Below, piece after piece: positions 7,680-16,664 of a DNA stretch of 52,443 nt (its first letter is position 1; each line of letters opens with the position of its first letter). Where the stretch lies: IMG/VR virus record IMGVR_UViG_3300023109_002746, positions 1 to 52,443 of that record. One strand, 5' to 3'. The DNA is from a virus (Duplodnaviria; Caudoviricetes). The notes under the pieces were generated by a model. That model had not been told where the DNA came from. It saw only the letters and a program-made list of their open reading frames with translations, and made no database searches. Position numbers and translations under genes: made by a program.

Positions 7680-8636
7680 TTACGCTACCTCCGCCATTTC
7701 AACCGCTAGGTCGAGGGCTGCAACTTTACGCTTAGCGTTTGTACCGAACCAAGCCGAAGTGGCTCGAGCATCAGCAGAACGTCCAAGCTCGTGATCAGTC
7801 ATGTAAGTGACTGCGTTGTATGCATTCCACCAAGTACCACGAGCAAAGTCCGCGCCTGGTTGAGTGTCTACAATTTCGAAGGCACGTTCAGCGGTTCGGC
7901 TGAGTGTGCGATGTTCTTGGGAGGAAGTACCGAAGACTTGTCCAAGGAAGTTCTTGAACGACTCGTCGGTGTATCGCTTCTTACCAAGGAACTCAGCAGC
8001 TTCTTTGAACTGTCCCATACGCATATGTGAGATTCCAAGAGCAGCTTTAACCTGATCAGCATCGAACTCATTACGATGAGAAACTCGTACTGCAGGTTGA
8101 CCTTTTTCGGTAAGAGCCATAGTGAGGGTATTGTTACAAACAGTTCGTGTCATTACAAATTTGCAATCAATGGAACGTCCGTATACGTGAGGATTCGAGA
8201 ATAGAAGGTAGCCCTTCACCTCGTCACCGCCGAACAGAGTGAATCCATCTTTGACATCAGCTGATGCCCATACAATTTGTCCGTCTTTCAACGAACCAGC
8301 AGTGTCCATTACCATGTCACCAGCTCGTACGAATTCGTTAAAGAACTCGAAGGCTGTGTCGTTTTGGCATGGATTCCACTTGCCACCCACGTTTGTAAGA
8401 ATCTTGTTATCGGTATCACGTACCAAAGCTTGTTGACCAGTGAGAACTTGCTCACCGTTGATGTTAATATAAGAATCTTCAAGACGTACTTTCCAATCGA
8501 GTCCTGCAGCAACCTGCATTTCACGTGGAGTCATGTCGTCTTCTACTGCTGTTCCAAGACCGTGCCAAGGCACACCAGAGGAGAGTCGATAAGCCATTTG
8601 AGCTTCGCCGTTTACCATTTCAAGTTCATGAGACAT
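7680..8636 (-). CDS. DUF932-family phage/plasmid protein
   Basis: VPWHGLG..AGLDWKV..TAGSLKDG..RTVCNNTL..GTWWNAYNAVT motifs. Confidence 0.85.
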   Translation of the reverse strand: MSHELEMVNGEAQMAYRLSSGVPWHGLGTAVEDDMTPREMQVAAGLDWKVRLEDSYININGEQVLTGQQALVRDTDNKILTNVGGKWNPCQNDTAFEFFNEFVRAGDMVMDTAGSLKDGQIVWASADVKDGFTLFGGDEVKGYLLFSNPHVYGRSIDCKFVMTRTVCNNTLTMALTEKGQPAVRVSHRNEFDADQVKAALGISHMRMGQFKEAAEFLGKKRYTDESFKNFLGQVFGTSSQEHRTLSRTAERAFEIVDTQPGADFARGTWWNAYNAVTYMTDHELGRSADARATSAWFGTNAKRKVAALDLAVEMAEVA

Positions 8637-8671
8637 AATGTAGTTTCCTATTCAATTAATTTATGAGTACT

Positions 8672-8700
8672 ATTATACTCTAGTTCAAAGCAAATGTCAA
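8672..8700 (-). promoter_or_regulatory. class B sigma70 promoter TTGACA-N17-TATAAT
   Basis: perfect consensus. Confidence 0.9.
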
Positions 8701-8719
8701 CTGTTTTTTTGATTTAATT

Positions 8720-8917
8720 TCAATTTTTTTTCGTTTTGGAGATCCTGTAGTTCAGACCTCCAAATGTTACTGTTTGAAGCCAGCAAATTGCTAGCCAGTT
8801 CGTTACTGTGAACGCAATACCGAGATTGAACAACGTGTTCAAAGCCCAGATCGTGACCAAAGGAGCGAGGAATACCCCCGCTACAATGACCAAAAGAATT
8901 GCGAATGCTTTACTCAT
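8720..8917 (-). CDS. small membrane protein
   Basis: hydrophobic; PLVTIWALNTLF..NWLA. Confidence 0.7.
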   Translation of the reverse strand: MSKAFAILLVIVAGVFLAPLVTIWALNTLFNLGIAFTVTNWLAICWLQTVTFGGLNYRISKTKKN

Positions 8918-9099
8918 TGCTGAGGTCCTTTTCGTACAAGTTCGGGCAGAGGACTGTCAGAGTACACACTCACCGCTTTAACAGCAGAAAGTGGGAAAGC
9001 CGTTGGGGTATGCTTAGCAAACTCTACAATCTCGTCGAACGTCATGCCAAGGAAGGCTGCTTCCTTCCGAATGATTTTAATTGCTGCGTTAACAGTCAT
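8914..9099 (-). CDS. hypothetical protein
   Basis: 61-aa ORF translationally coupled to its neighbours. Confidence 0.65.
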   Translation of the reverse strand: MTVNAAIKIIRKEAAFLGMTFDEIVEFAKHTPTAFPLSAVKAVSVYSDSPLPELVRKGPQQ

Positions 9100-9294
9100 T
9101 ATGCTACATCCTCCATTTTTTCACGAAAGTTTTGAGTCCAAGCAGAAAAGATCTCTTTGGCCTCTTCATTAGAAAGATCAAATGCTTCTTGCAGATGTCG
9201 TGGAGCACCAAACATGTTGATGGTACCACCCTCTCTCAGAGCATCAAGGTACGAAAAGTATTCTTTCAAAGTCATTATGCTACATCCTCCATTT
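9094..9294. repeat. 25-bp direct repeat (9094-9118, 9270-9294) flanking one gene
   Basis: AGTCATTATGCTACATCCTCCATTT occurs twice; encodes RBS plus stop/start junction (..MEDVA*/MT..). Confidence 0.9.
9099..9275 (-). CDS. small protein (58 aa, not in ORF track), DUF5049-like
   Basis: MTLKEYFSYLDALREGGTINMFGAPRHLQEAF...; GGAGG RBS. Confidence 0.7.
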   Translation of the reverse strand: MTLKEYFSYLDALREGGTINMFGAPRHLQEAFDLSNEEAKEIFSAWTQNFREKMEDVA

Positions 9295-9628
9295 CTTCAC
9301 ATTTCATGAAACCTATTGGAGCAACTTCATACTTCCCATCTTCAGTGAACATAACGTCACCAACCGATGTAGAACGAAGACCGTATCCACCTTCACAAAG
9401 TGAAGCCACTCGAGTAACGTTAGGATTGAAGTCACCGTTATCTTCGATGTCGGTACGTGACCAAGAACCCATAACGTTGTTAGTCCAACGATAAGCATAC
9501 TCTAAAGCTTCCATTACATTATCCATAGGAGCTTCTACTACAGCAACTCGAGTAAAGACTTTCTTTTCGTCGTTGTTTCGAGCGAAGAGGCTTTCGTTGT
9601 GGTAGACAGTTACTTTCATGTTTTTCAT
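9275..9628 (-). CDS. hypothetical early protein
   Basis: ALEYAYRWTNN..GSWS..LRSTSVGD..YEVAPIGF; first gene after a class A promoter. Confidence 0.75.
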   Translation of the reverse strand: MKNMKVTVYHNESLFARNNDEKKVFTRVAVVEAPMDNVMEALEYAYRWTNNVMGSWSRTDIEDNGDFNPNVTRVASLCEGGYGLRSTSVGDVMFTEDGKYEVAPIGFMKCEEMEDVA

Positions 9629-9654
9629 TCCTTATCAATTAATTTATGAGTACC

Positions 9655-9755
9655 ATTCTACCCTAAAAAGCAACGGTTGTACACCTTTTTGTGCAATTAT
9701 TTTCACTTTTTTTAGATCATTTTGGAATAAAGATTGAAGTTCTTAGATCAAAAAG
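9655..9755 (-). promoter_or_regulatory. class A early promoter with upstream operator
   Basis: -10 9655-9660, -35 TGTACA 9678-9683, TAGATCATTTTGGAATAA from 9713. Confidence 0.85.
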
Positions 9756-10283
9756 TTATATGGCCTGCTCCCAATGGCTTTCCAGCATATGGGTGGCTCG
9801 TTCGACTAAGATGGGATTTGCTTTCGTAAGCATATTGAGCATATATCTCTTCTCATGCTTGAAAGCTCTGTGGAAGAATTTTTGGTCATGCTTAATGATC
9901 GAATCGGCATTCGAGATCAAGTCAGCAATCTTGATAGTCTGAGACTCGGCAGGTCCCAGAGCGAAGTGGTCAGCATCCATCTTCTTACGAAACGTTCTAT
10001 TTCCATCCATCTTTTCGGAAACATTCGTACAGTAGTGAACATACATACCAATCTTAGGTCCAAACTTATTGCATAGCTCGTCCATAGTGACATCGCAATC
10101 TTCTACGACATCATGCAACAGAGCAGCCGCAATCATATCTGGAGTATGATCAACAGTTTCGACGATTTCAGCAACAGCAACAGTGTGCGTAATGTACGGC
10201 TCACCTGTGTACTTTCGTCTTTGGTTCCCATGTGCTTTGATAGCGAACATGAGGGCATCATTAACTAGCTTTTTTGAATTCAT
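9756..10283 (-). CDS. HD-domain hydrolase, Mesh1/SpoT small-alarmone-hydrolase-like
   Basis: AHGNQRRKYTGEPYITH..AAALLHDVVED..IKIADLISN. Confidence 0.8.
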   Translation of the reverse strand: MNSKKLVNDALMFAIKAHGNQRRKYTGEPYITHTVAVAEIVETVDHTPDMIAAALLHDVVEDCDVTMDELCNKFGPKIGMYVHYCTNVSEKMDGNRTFRKKMDADHFALGPAESQTIKIADLISNADSIIKHDQKFFHRAFKHEKRYMLNMLTKANPILVERATHMLESHWEQAI

Positions 10284-10284
10284 G

Positions 10285-10638
10285 TCAATGTATCGTTTGT
10301 GGTGACTTATCATCGAATAGGCCATCAATCATATCGTGAGTAAAGTCACCGTGTCCCGATTTGATTAGCTCGATAGCACTAGGGTATTCTGTTTCAGACT
10401 CAACCGGCAAAATAAGCAGGTCCTTTCTTTTGTTGGGTGGAAAGGCATTCGAGACAAAGAAGCGTGCGTGTTCCTTTGTTTTGAATGAGCATGCGCTGGT
10501 TAAACCGAATGGATTCTGAGAAGCAAAACAAATATAGATCTTTCCTTCATCAGAGTCGTCTCCCCATTCCTCACTATTGTAAGTTCCTAAGAAGACTCCC
10601 ATTTTCTTATCAGCTAGTACGTACTTTGTCTTTTTCAT
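10285..10638 (-). CDS. hypothetical protein
   Basis: 117-aa ORF in operon. Confidence 0.65.
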   Translation of the reverse strand: MKKTKYVLADKKMGVFLGTYNSEEWGDDSDEGKIYICFASQNPFGLTSACSFKTKEHARFFVSNAFPPNKRKDLLILPVESETEYPSAIELIKSGHGDFTHDMIDGLFDDKSPQTIH

Positions 10639-11296
10639 AGAGGTTTGAATATGCCTCCCTTACAGCTTTAAAATGTTCGATGTATTCTTCTGTGTCGATA
10701 ACAAAGGTCTGAGGTTCAGAATCATCTACCCCTATTAGTACTACACCTTTACGGATAGGAGTGCCTGTACGCTCTTCGAAGGCCTTCGCATAGAAAGAAA
10801 CTTGCATAAAGTAATTCTGGATCTTATCAGGACTCTTTATTCTACGTGATGTTTTAAAATCAATCACTGATAACTCACCTTCAAACTCAGCAATACAATC
10901 GACTTGTCCTGCTGTTGCGAGTTCATCACTATAGAGAAAACATTCCTGGAACCATATATTATTTATTTTTTCGTCAAGCAATGGCTTCATAGTATTGAAC
11001 ATGTGAATGTTTGCAGGCATGTGCTTTTTAGAATAGTCTTCTTTATTATCAATGTAGTCTTCGCAGAGTTTATGAACTGCGGTACCACGGCCTGCGGCTT
11101 GTCTTGAGATTTGATTGGCTTTATCTTCACCTACTCGCTTACGCCATTCCATTAGTTCCTTCTTACCAAGGATACCAAGAACGGTAGTTACTGAGGGATA
11201 GGCTTCGCCTGTGGGAGTAAAGTAACGACGTCCAGCTTCTGTCGTCTTACGTGTTAGGGTAGGTAGATCAATACCATGATCAGCATGGGTAAACAT
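10610..11296 (-). CDS. PD-(D/E)XK exonuclease (T4-like phage type)
   Basis: YPSVTTVL..RGTAVH..AGQVDCIAE..IDFKTS..YFMQ..Y. Confidence 0.85.
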   Translation of the reverse strand: MFTHADHGIDLPTLTRKTTEAGRRYFTPTGEAYPSVTTVLGILGKKELMEWRKRVGEDKANQISRQAAGRGTAVHKLCEDYIDNKEDYSKKHMPANIHMFNTMKPLLDEKINNIWFQECFLYSDELATAGQVDCIAEFEGELSVIDFKTSRRIKSPDKIQNYFMQVSFYAKAFEERTGTPIRKGVVLIGVDDSEPQTFVIDTEEYIEHFKAVREAYSNLYEKDKVRTS

Positions 11297-11324
11297 AATA
11301 TAGCCTTTTCAATTTGAATGTACC

Positions 11325-11353
11325 ATTATAACACAGCTAATTGTAATTGTCAA
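11325..11353 (-). promoter_or_regulatory. class B sigma70 promoter
   Basis: TTGACA-N17-TATAAT. Confidence 0.9.
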
Positions 11354-11374
11354 CTGTTATTTTAGCGGATTGTC

Positions 11375-11623
11375 TTACCCGAGATCAACTGTTCTATCGT
11401 CATTTGTGAACTGCTCTTGCAATGCAGCAGCGTCAGCAGCCTTTTCAAACTGAAAAGTGTATTGACCATCGTCTGGATCGATTGAGTATTCCCAGACCTT
11501 TTCGTCAAGATTAGAATTGATCCACTTGATACATGCAGGTCCTTCAACATCCTTAAGGATGACTCTAAATGATTGGGTCATCAACCAGTTTAATTTATAG
11601 TCTTGAATTTCTTGAGTGCTCAT
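11375..11623 (-). CDS. hypothetical protein
   Basis: 82-aa ORF with GAGAG RBS. Confidence 0.65.
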   Translation of the reverse strand: MSTQEIQDYKLNWLMTQSFRVILKDVEGPACIKWINSNLDEKVWEYSIDPDDGQYTFQFEKAADAAALQEQFTNDDRTVDLG

Positions 11624-11646
11624 GTTAGTCTCTCGTTTTTAATGAT

Positions 11647-11681
11647 AAAGAAAAGCTGCCCTATCGAAACAGGACAGCTTT
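11647..11681 (-). terminator. rho-independent terminator after phoH
   Basis: minus strand GCTGTCCTGT-TTCG-ATAGGGCAGC-TTTTCTTT. Confidence 0.8.
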
Positions 11682-11698
11682 CACCTCCTATTTTTTAT

Positions 11699-12454
11699 TT
11701 ATGCAACGGCTCGCATTGGTTTAGTTTCATATCTTTCTTTTGCGATTATGTATTCCTTTACGAGGCCTGAGCGAACAATATCCTCGACTCCAAACTGAAC
11801 TAGTTCAAATGAAGGTATACTTTTAATCACATTAATAAAAGATACTAAGCCAGAAACATCGTTCCTGTTTCTAGATCCAGCCAGGTCATCCTGTCTGGTG
11901 TCTCCGCAGAAAATGATCTTTGAAGACTCACCTACCCGAGTAATAATACTATCAAGTTCATGATAGGTCATACTCTGGCATTCGTCTACTACGATAATCG
12001 AATTGTCAAACGTCAATCCTCTTACGAAAGATGAAGTCATAAACTTAATTTGGCGTTTTTGGATGAGAATTTCCCAGGCATCACCTCGACCAAACAAATC
12101 ACGTGTAATATCGGCATAGGGTATTGCGTATACTGCTTCCTTTTGCGCTTGTGTACCAGGCATGAATCCTTGCTCTCTGGTCTGAACCGCGGATCGGATA
12201 ATAACTATTTGATCGTAACCTTCATCGCTGAGTACGTCTTGAAGTGCAAGATATAATGCACACATAGTTTTACCAGTTCCTGCCGTTCCTATTGCAGCAA
12301 TATTTTTACCGCTTCGATATTCGTAGAACATATCCTCCTGTGTTTGTGTAATTGGTCTGATTTGTCTCATGCTAAACTTGGAATTTAATGTTCCATTATT
12401 CTCACGCTGTTGTCTACGCTTCTCTTTTGTAGTTAAGCGACGTTGTTTCGACAT
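11699..12454 (-). CDS. phoH: PhoH-family ATPase
   Basis: GTAGTGKT, GFMPG, RGLTFDN, VVDECQ, TRVGE, GDTRQ, DIVRSGLV. Confidence 0.95.
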   Translation of the reverse strand: MSKQRRLTTKEKRRQQRENNGTLNSKFSMRQIRPITQTQEDMFYEYRSGKNIAAIGTAGTGKTMCALYLALQDVLSDEGYDQIVIIRSAVQTREQGFMPGTQAQKEAVYAIPYADITRDLFGRGDAWEILIQKRQIKFMTSSFVRGLTFDNSIIVVDECQSMTYHELDSIITRVGESSKIIFCGDTRQDDLAGSRNRNDVSGLVSFINVIKSIPSFELVQFGVEDIVRSGLVKEYIIAKERYETKPMRAVA

Positions 12455-12484
12455 ATAAAACCTCCTTAATCAAGATCAAGAGGA

Positions 12485-12730
12485 TTAGAAATCGTTGATC
12501 TTGTTGCCTGAATAAGCCTTATTGGCTTTCATGTTTCTTAGGACATCACGAAATCCTTGGTCTGGTTTTTTCAGACCAAGTCGCACCGAATCACCTAATG
12601 CCGGTGCTGAATTTATAATAGGATCTAAATGAGGGTTTTCTTCGAGGAATTTGAGCTTATCATCGTATGACATCATACGATCAAATGTTTCTTGTGTGTT
12701 GTTGTCTCGGAAGGAGTACGTTGGCATCAA
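12485..12730 (-). CDS. FmdB-like small phage protein
   Basis: MPTYSFRD..FLEENPHL..KPDQGFRDVL; usual neighbour of phoH in T4-like phages. Confidence 0.65.
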   Translation of the reverse strand: MMPTYSFRDNNTQETFDRMMSYDDKLKFLEENPHLDPIINSAPALGDSVRLGLKKPDQGFRDVLRNMKANKAYSGNKINDF

Positions 12731-12755
12731 TTGGTTCTCTTCTTCATATAAGGAT

Positions 12756-12763
12756 TATTTATA
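12756..12763 (-). promoter_or_regulatory. T4-type late promoter TATAAATA
   Basis: exact consensus, intergenic. Confidence 0.7.
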
Positions 12764-12764
12764 A

Positions 12765-13340
12765 TTAACCGACTACATAATTGTAGATTTCTTTCCAATT
12801 ATATACACGTTTTGCGTCACCGCTATAATCCTTATTATGTTGGTGGTCAACTAAGATACTATCTAAACCGGCCTGAATTCCTACATCGGCATTTTCCGGC
12901 TTGTCTTCAACCCATATACACCCACTATCTTTATAGCGTGCTAGGGCTTCGTCCTTGTCAGCTCCAGTGTCCAAGTACGTATACTTTTCAAATACTGTTG
13001 GGCCAAATAGTTCAATTAAGTTCTTAGTTCGTAAGTGTTGAGCGTAATCATCATTACTTAACGATGTAATGGCGTGGAAGATATATCCATGCTCTTGGTG
13101 TAGCTTTTTAACGTACTTAATAGCATCAAGGTACGGAGGGAGTTTACGAATCCAGGCTGATTCATTAAACATTCTAACTAGCCTTCGACTATCTTCTTTA
13201 TTAATTAGATACCTATCGTGAATGCTATAAGTATCGGTACGCATTTCTTTATAACCGTGACGACTCATCCATTGGTTGAATGAGTATGCCCAATCAAGTA
13301 GGACGCCGTCACAATCAGTTAAAATTACCTTTTCTCTCAT
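12765..13340 (-). CDS. HAD-superfamily phosphatase (T4 30.2-like)
   Basis: ILTDCDGVLLDW..WVEDKPENA. Confidence 0.8.
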   Translation of the reverse strand: MREKVILTDCDGVLLDWAYSFNQWMSRHGYKEMRTDTYSIHDRYLINKEDSRRLVRMFNESAWIRKLPPYLDAIKYVKKLHQEHGYIFHAITSLSNDDYAQHLRTKNLIELFGPTVFEKYTYLDTGADKDEALARYKDSGCIWVEDKPENADVGIQAGLDSILVDHQHNKDYSGDAKRVYNWKEIYNYVVG

Positions 13341-13510
13341 TAATATTTCTCATCTCTAAAGTCTTTAAAATTTTTGTACTTTTCTTCGTACTTGCTGCGT
13401 TTGTTTTTGCGCCGCTTTCCTTTTTCTTTTTCTTTAAAACGATCTTCTTTACGAACATCTTCCCAGTCATCAAATCCAGCGTCACGGATATCTTTAAAAC
13501 GCTTAGCCAT
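13340..13510 (-). CDS. small highly charged protein (56 aa, not in ORF track)
   Basis: MAKRFKDIRDAGFDDWEDVRKEDRFK...; TAATG coupling with the downstream gene. Confidence 0.6.
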   Translation of the reverse strand: MAKRFKDIRDAGFDDWEDVRKEDRFKEKEKGKRRKNKRSKYEEKYKNFKDFRDEKY

Positions 13511-13528
13511 GGTGTCACACTTCCCTTG

Positions 13529-13969
13529 TTAATCTAGTTTGATCGGAGTGGTAAAGAGATCAGGGAACGCTTCTTCAAGCGTCTTGTATGTAAGACCTTT
13601 TACCGATTTATGCGAAATCATATTCTTTGCAAGAATGTCTGCATCTTCATTCATGAGATCTTCTAAAAGACTGATGAATAAAGCTTCACGCTTAAGTTGA
13701 GCGATATGATCATAACCACCGCCTTTTACGAAAATACGTAAACGACGAGCTTCACGATACAGCATAGTATGTGCATCGGTTAGCTTATTGTACCTCCACG
13801 GCGGAGGAGTTTCAGGTAATAGAAACTCAACATCCTTATCATAAATGAGTCTAACTACTTGTCGAAAAGGTTGCGAATCATTCTTTCGAAGAAAGTCAAT
13901 CTTATCTTGCTTTTTAGTTAGTTTACCCATCTCAGCTAGTATTTCTGAGACTGCCAATTTAATTGCCAT
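13529..13969 (-). CDS. conserved T4-like phage hypothetical protein
   Basis: KIDFLR..FLLPETPPP..KREALFISLLE..EAFPDL; follows rnh. Confidence 0.75.
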   Translation of the reverse strand: MAIKLAVSEILAEMGKLTKKQDKIDFLRKNDSQPFRQVVRLIYDKDVEFLLPETPPPWRYNKLTDAHTMLYREARRLRIFVKGGGYDHIAQLKREALFISLLEDLMNEDADILAKNMISHKSVKGLTYKTLEEAFPDLFTTPIKLD

Positions 13970-13971
13970 TA

Positions 13972-14835
13972 TTAAAAATCCTGTATGTCAGTAATTAAGT
14001 TCTTGAGTTTCTTCTTTACAAAGTAATTGAATAGATGTTCTCTGCCAATTTTCTTATCGATGTTGAACTGCTCAAGAATCTTTTCTTGGTATTCTGAAGG
14101 TATCTGAGAAAGATCAATCATTTTCTTGTTTCGATTATATCTTAACTTTGTTTCTTCATCCATAGAGCCTTCAGGATCACCTAAGAAAGCAGTGATACGC
14201 TTTTTAGTCATAGGCTTTTGACGCTCACCAATAGCTAAACAGTTGTCGCTGCTTAGAATATTTGGTACTCCATCACCGACATCACCTTTTAGAACATGTT
14301 CCTGAAGGTATTTATCAGGGCTATCACTTCTTACCCACTTTTTCAACACAGGATTGTATTGATCTACATTAGCATATGTGTGGAGCTGAATAAAGTCTTT
14401 GTCACCAGATAAGATGAGATACTTTTCAGATCCTATGTTAAGATCAGTACCTACCTCATTAATAACAGTACCAATGATGTCATCGGCTTCGCAACGATCT
14501 ACACTGATTACTTTGTATGGGAAGAACTCGTCGATCTCAGAACGAATACGATGAATCGATTCGAACAACTTATTCCAATCGAGTTCAGACTCGTCTCGAG
14601 ACTTCTTACGATTCGCTTTGTAGTAAGGGAAGTAATCTCGCCGCCATACATCTTTGTTGTCAACGCAGATGATGATCTCGCCGTACTCATTGTGGAACTT
14701 TTTTCGATTGAATCGAATCGAATTGAGGAACATGTGGCGTAGAAGATTTTCATCCACGTCCATGTCAGTGTGGTTACCAATCCCAGCGAAGAGACTGGCC
14801 AGCATTACCTGATTATAGTCAACTAAAATAGCCAT
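13972..14835 (-). CDS. rnh: T4-type RNase H / 5'-3' flap exonuclease
   Basis: ILVDYNQ, WRRDYFPYYKANRK, EADDIIG, SGDKDFIQL, GDVGDGVPN. Confidence 0.95.
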   Translation of the reverse strand: MAILVDYNQVMLASLFAGIGNHTDMDVDENLLRHMFLNSIRFNRKKFHNEYGEIIICVDNKDVWRRDYFPYYKANRKKSRDESELDWNKLFESIHRIRSEIDEFFPYKVISVDRCEADDIIGTVINEVGTDLNIGSEKYLILSGDKDFIQLHTYANVDQYNPVLKKWVRSDSPDKYLQEHVLKGDVGDGVPNILSSDNCLAIGERQKPMTKKRITAFLGDPEGSMDEETKLRYNRNKKMIDLSQIPSEYQEKILEQFNIDKKIGREHLFNYFVKKKLKNLITDIQDF

Positions 14836-14864
14836 AATTTATTCCATTGTCAAATTGAAGTACC

Positions 14865-14893
14865 ATTATACCACAGCTGGGCTCAACTGTCAA
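14865..14893 (-). promoter_or_regulatory. class B sigma70 promoter
   Basis: TTGACA-N17-TATAAT. Confidence 0.9.
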
Positions 14894-15849
14894 CTGTTAT
14901 TTTGTTTAAACCTAGAAAGAACCGCGGTCCACATGGTTTGGAACGAAGGAATATTGTTTCTTGCTAAATTAAATCGATCTGAGTATGTAAACCCATGAAA
15001 GTAATTTGGATCATTGACCATAGTCTGAACAACCTGGCGAGCTACTGAGAATGCATAGTTAGCATGAACCTGTGGATCTTCGTTAAAGTCATACATGACT
15101 GTGGAGTTCGATGCAGTCTCTGTCAGTGCTCCATAGTTTGGATGGATACAAAGTACCTGAGACTTGATTGCCTCGATCAAAGCGATACATGAAGTCTCAG
15201 TCCAAATACACGGATACAAGAAGATGTGTGAGTTATCCAATGCTTCAAGTACCACTTCATTTGGCTGTGCACCATGGTAAGTCATCTGAGGATGTGTTTC
15301 AATCCGCTTGAACAAACCTTCATAAGAAGCATTTCGCTCAGGCCAACCATAAATGTCAAAGCTTGAGAATACATCAAGATGAATATTCGAAAACTCTTTA
15401 GACAAAGCTTCGAAGATAGGAATCAGTAGCTCGAGGCCACGATGTGGTGTTGTATGATAAACGAATCGAATCGTCTCCATATCTTTTTGACGTGGGCTAT
15501 ATTCCTTCTCGACAGCATTATGGATGACTGCGCACTTTGAAAATGGAATACCAAATCTCAGAATGTATTGATCTCGTTGCCACGCTGATACAAAAACAAA
15601 ATGGTCAAACTTTTCCCATCCGCCATCACTTAAGATTTTGTTTTCTGGGTCTTCTGCTAAATCGTGACACCAAAGGATATTCGGTACATCATCATATAGC
15701 TCCCTGGGTCGAGACAAATGAACTGCCACATTTTCCAATAAAGACTTATCGATATTCTTGATCAGTCTTGTTCTCATCTGCTCAGTACCACCCCACGAGT
15801 TCATAGACAACTCTGTGTCAATTACTTCGCCTTTGTAGATACAACTCAT
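14890..15849 (-). CDS. GT-B fold glycosyltransferase (GT4-like)
   Basis: GGTE, WCHD, FVSAWQ, TPHRGL, YPCIWTETSCIALIEA, GALTET. Confidence 0.85.
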   Translation of the reverse strand: MSCIYKGEVIDTELSMNSWGGTEQMRTRLIKNIDKSLLENVAVHLSRPRELYDDVPNILWCHDLAEDPENKILSDGGWEKFDHFVFVSAWQRDQYILRFGIPFSKCAVIHNAVEKEYSPRQKDMETIRFVYHTTPHRGLELLIPIFEALSKEFSNIHLDVFSSFDIYGWPERNASYEGLFKRIETHPQMTYHGAQPNEVVLEALDNSHIFLYPCIWTETSCIALIEAIKSQVLCIHPNYGALTETASNSTVMYDFNEDPQVHANYAFSVARQVVQTMVNDPNYFHGFTYSDRFNLARNNIPSFQTMWTAVLSRFKQNNS

Positions 15850-16664
15850 AATTCTAATACTCCATACGTTTTATGACTCTCACGGTCATTGTCAAAAATT
15901 TCTTCTAGGGTCATTTTGCTGCCTTTTAGTTCCCACCATGCTTTAATAAACTCGTAGGAATAAATTGCAGACTGAGCCTGCTTGTTGTAATAGTATATAT
16001 TCTTCGAGCGGAAGTCAGTTACATTTTGATTAAACAAAGGGAATGACACCACTAGCCCGAAGCCATGCAATACATTGTTTTCAAAAGAAGGAGGAGCTGC
16101 TAATGGCATCCTAATGTGAATTTGCCTTTTGGGCGAATCGAAATAGTAGTCAACAATCTTTTGTGCATATTCTCGCTTGAGCATATAACATTGCAGACCA
16201 TGATCCCACATCTTACGTCTACGAGGTACCATTGCTGGATATTCGTTGTCTACGTCATAGGGATATTCAAATACATTACATAGATGTAAAGCACCCCACG
16301 AATCACCACATCTGTCGATAAACTCCTGCAACGTAAAGGGCCAATGCTCTATTGCAGAGAAATCTACATCGTCTTCGAAAAAGATTCCTGCAGGTTCATC
16401 GGTGTTTTCTAGCCACCACTTGATTGTAAGTAGGTGAGAAGAAGTAACGCCAGGTGTAATACCTTTGATGAGCTCTGGGTCTCCAACAAAAGGTATCGGA
16501 TCTGGATCTTCAGTATACCGCTTATAGGTATGCATATGTATGTTAGGAATACCTAAGTTCCGAAAATGTTCTTCGGTATATTCCTTACGGTCAACGCACT
16601 CAGCTAGATTTATCACATTGGGAATCGGTATTCCCTCGAGTTTCTTCGATAACATATTGTTCAC
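15846..16664 (-). CDS. glycosyltransferase family 25-like
   Basis: VINL..DRK..SHLLTIK..IFFEDDV. Confidence 0.75.
   Translation of the reverse strand: MNNMLSKKLEGIPIPNVINLAECVDRKEYTEEHFRNLGIPNIHMHTYKRYTEDPDPIPFVGDPELIKGITPGVTSSHLLTIKWWLENTDEPAGIFFEDDVDFSAIEHWPFTLQEFIDRCGDSWGALHLCNVFEYPYDVDNEYPAMVPRRRKMWDHGLQCYMLKREYAQKIVDYYFDSPKRQIHIRMPLAAPPSFENNVLHGFGLVVSFPLFNQNVTDFRSKNIYYYNKQAQSAIYSYEFIKAWWELKGSKMTLEEIFDNDRESHKTYGVLEL

Noticed and set aside
10610-11296. Cas4-like nuclease as evidence of CRISPR-Cas
   Set aside because: It lacks the four-Cys Fe-S pattern and any cas context; it matches the ordinary T4-like phage exonuclease found near phoH
13340-13510. MAKRFKDIRD N-terminus as another capsid-targeting tag
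   Set aside because: The gene is in the rnh unit under a sigma70 promoter, with no (I/L)xE site after the tag and no cargo domain; the resemblance is too weak
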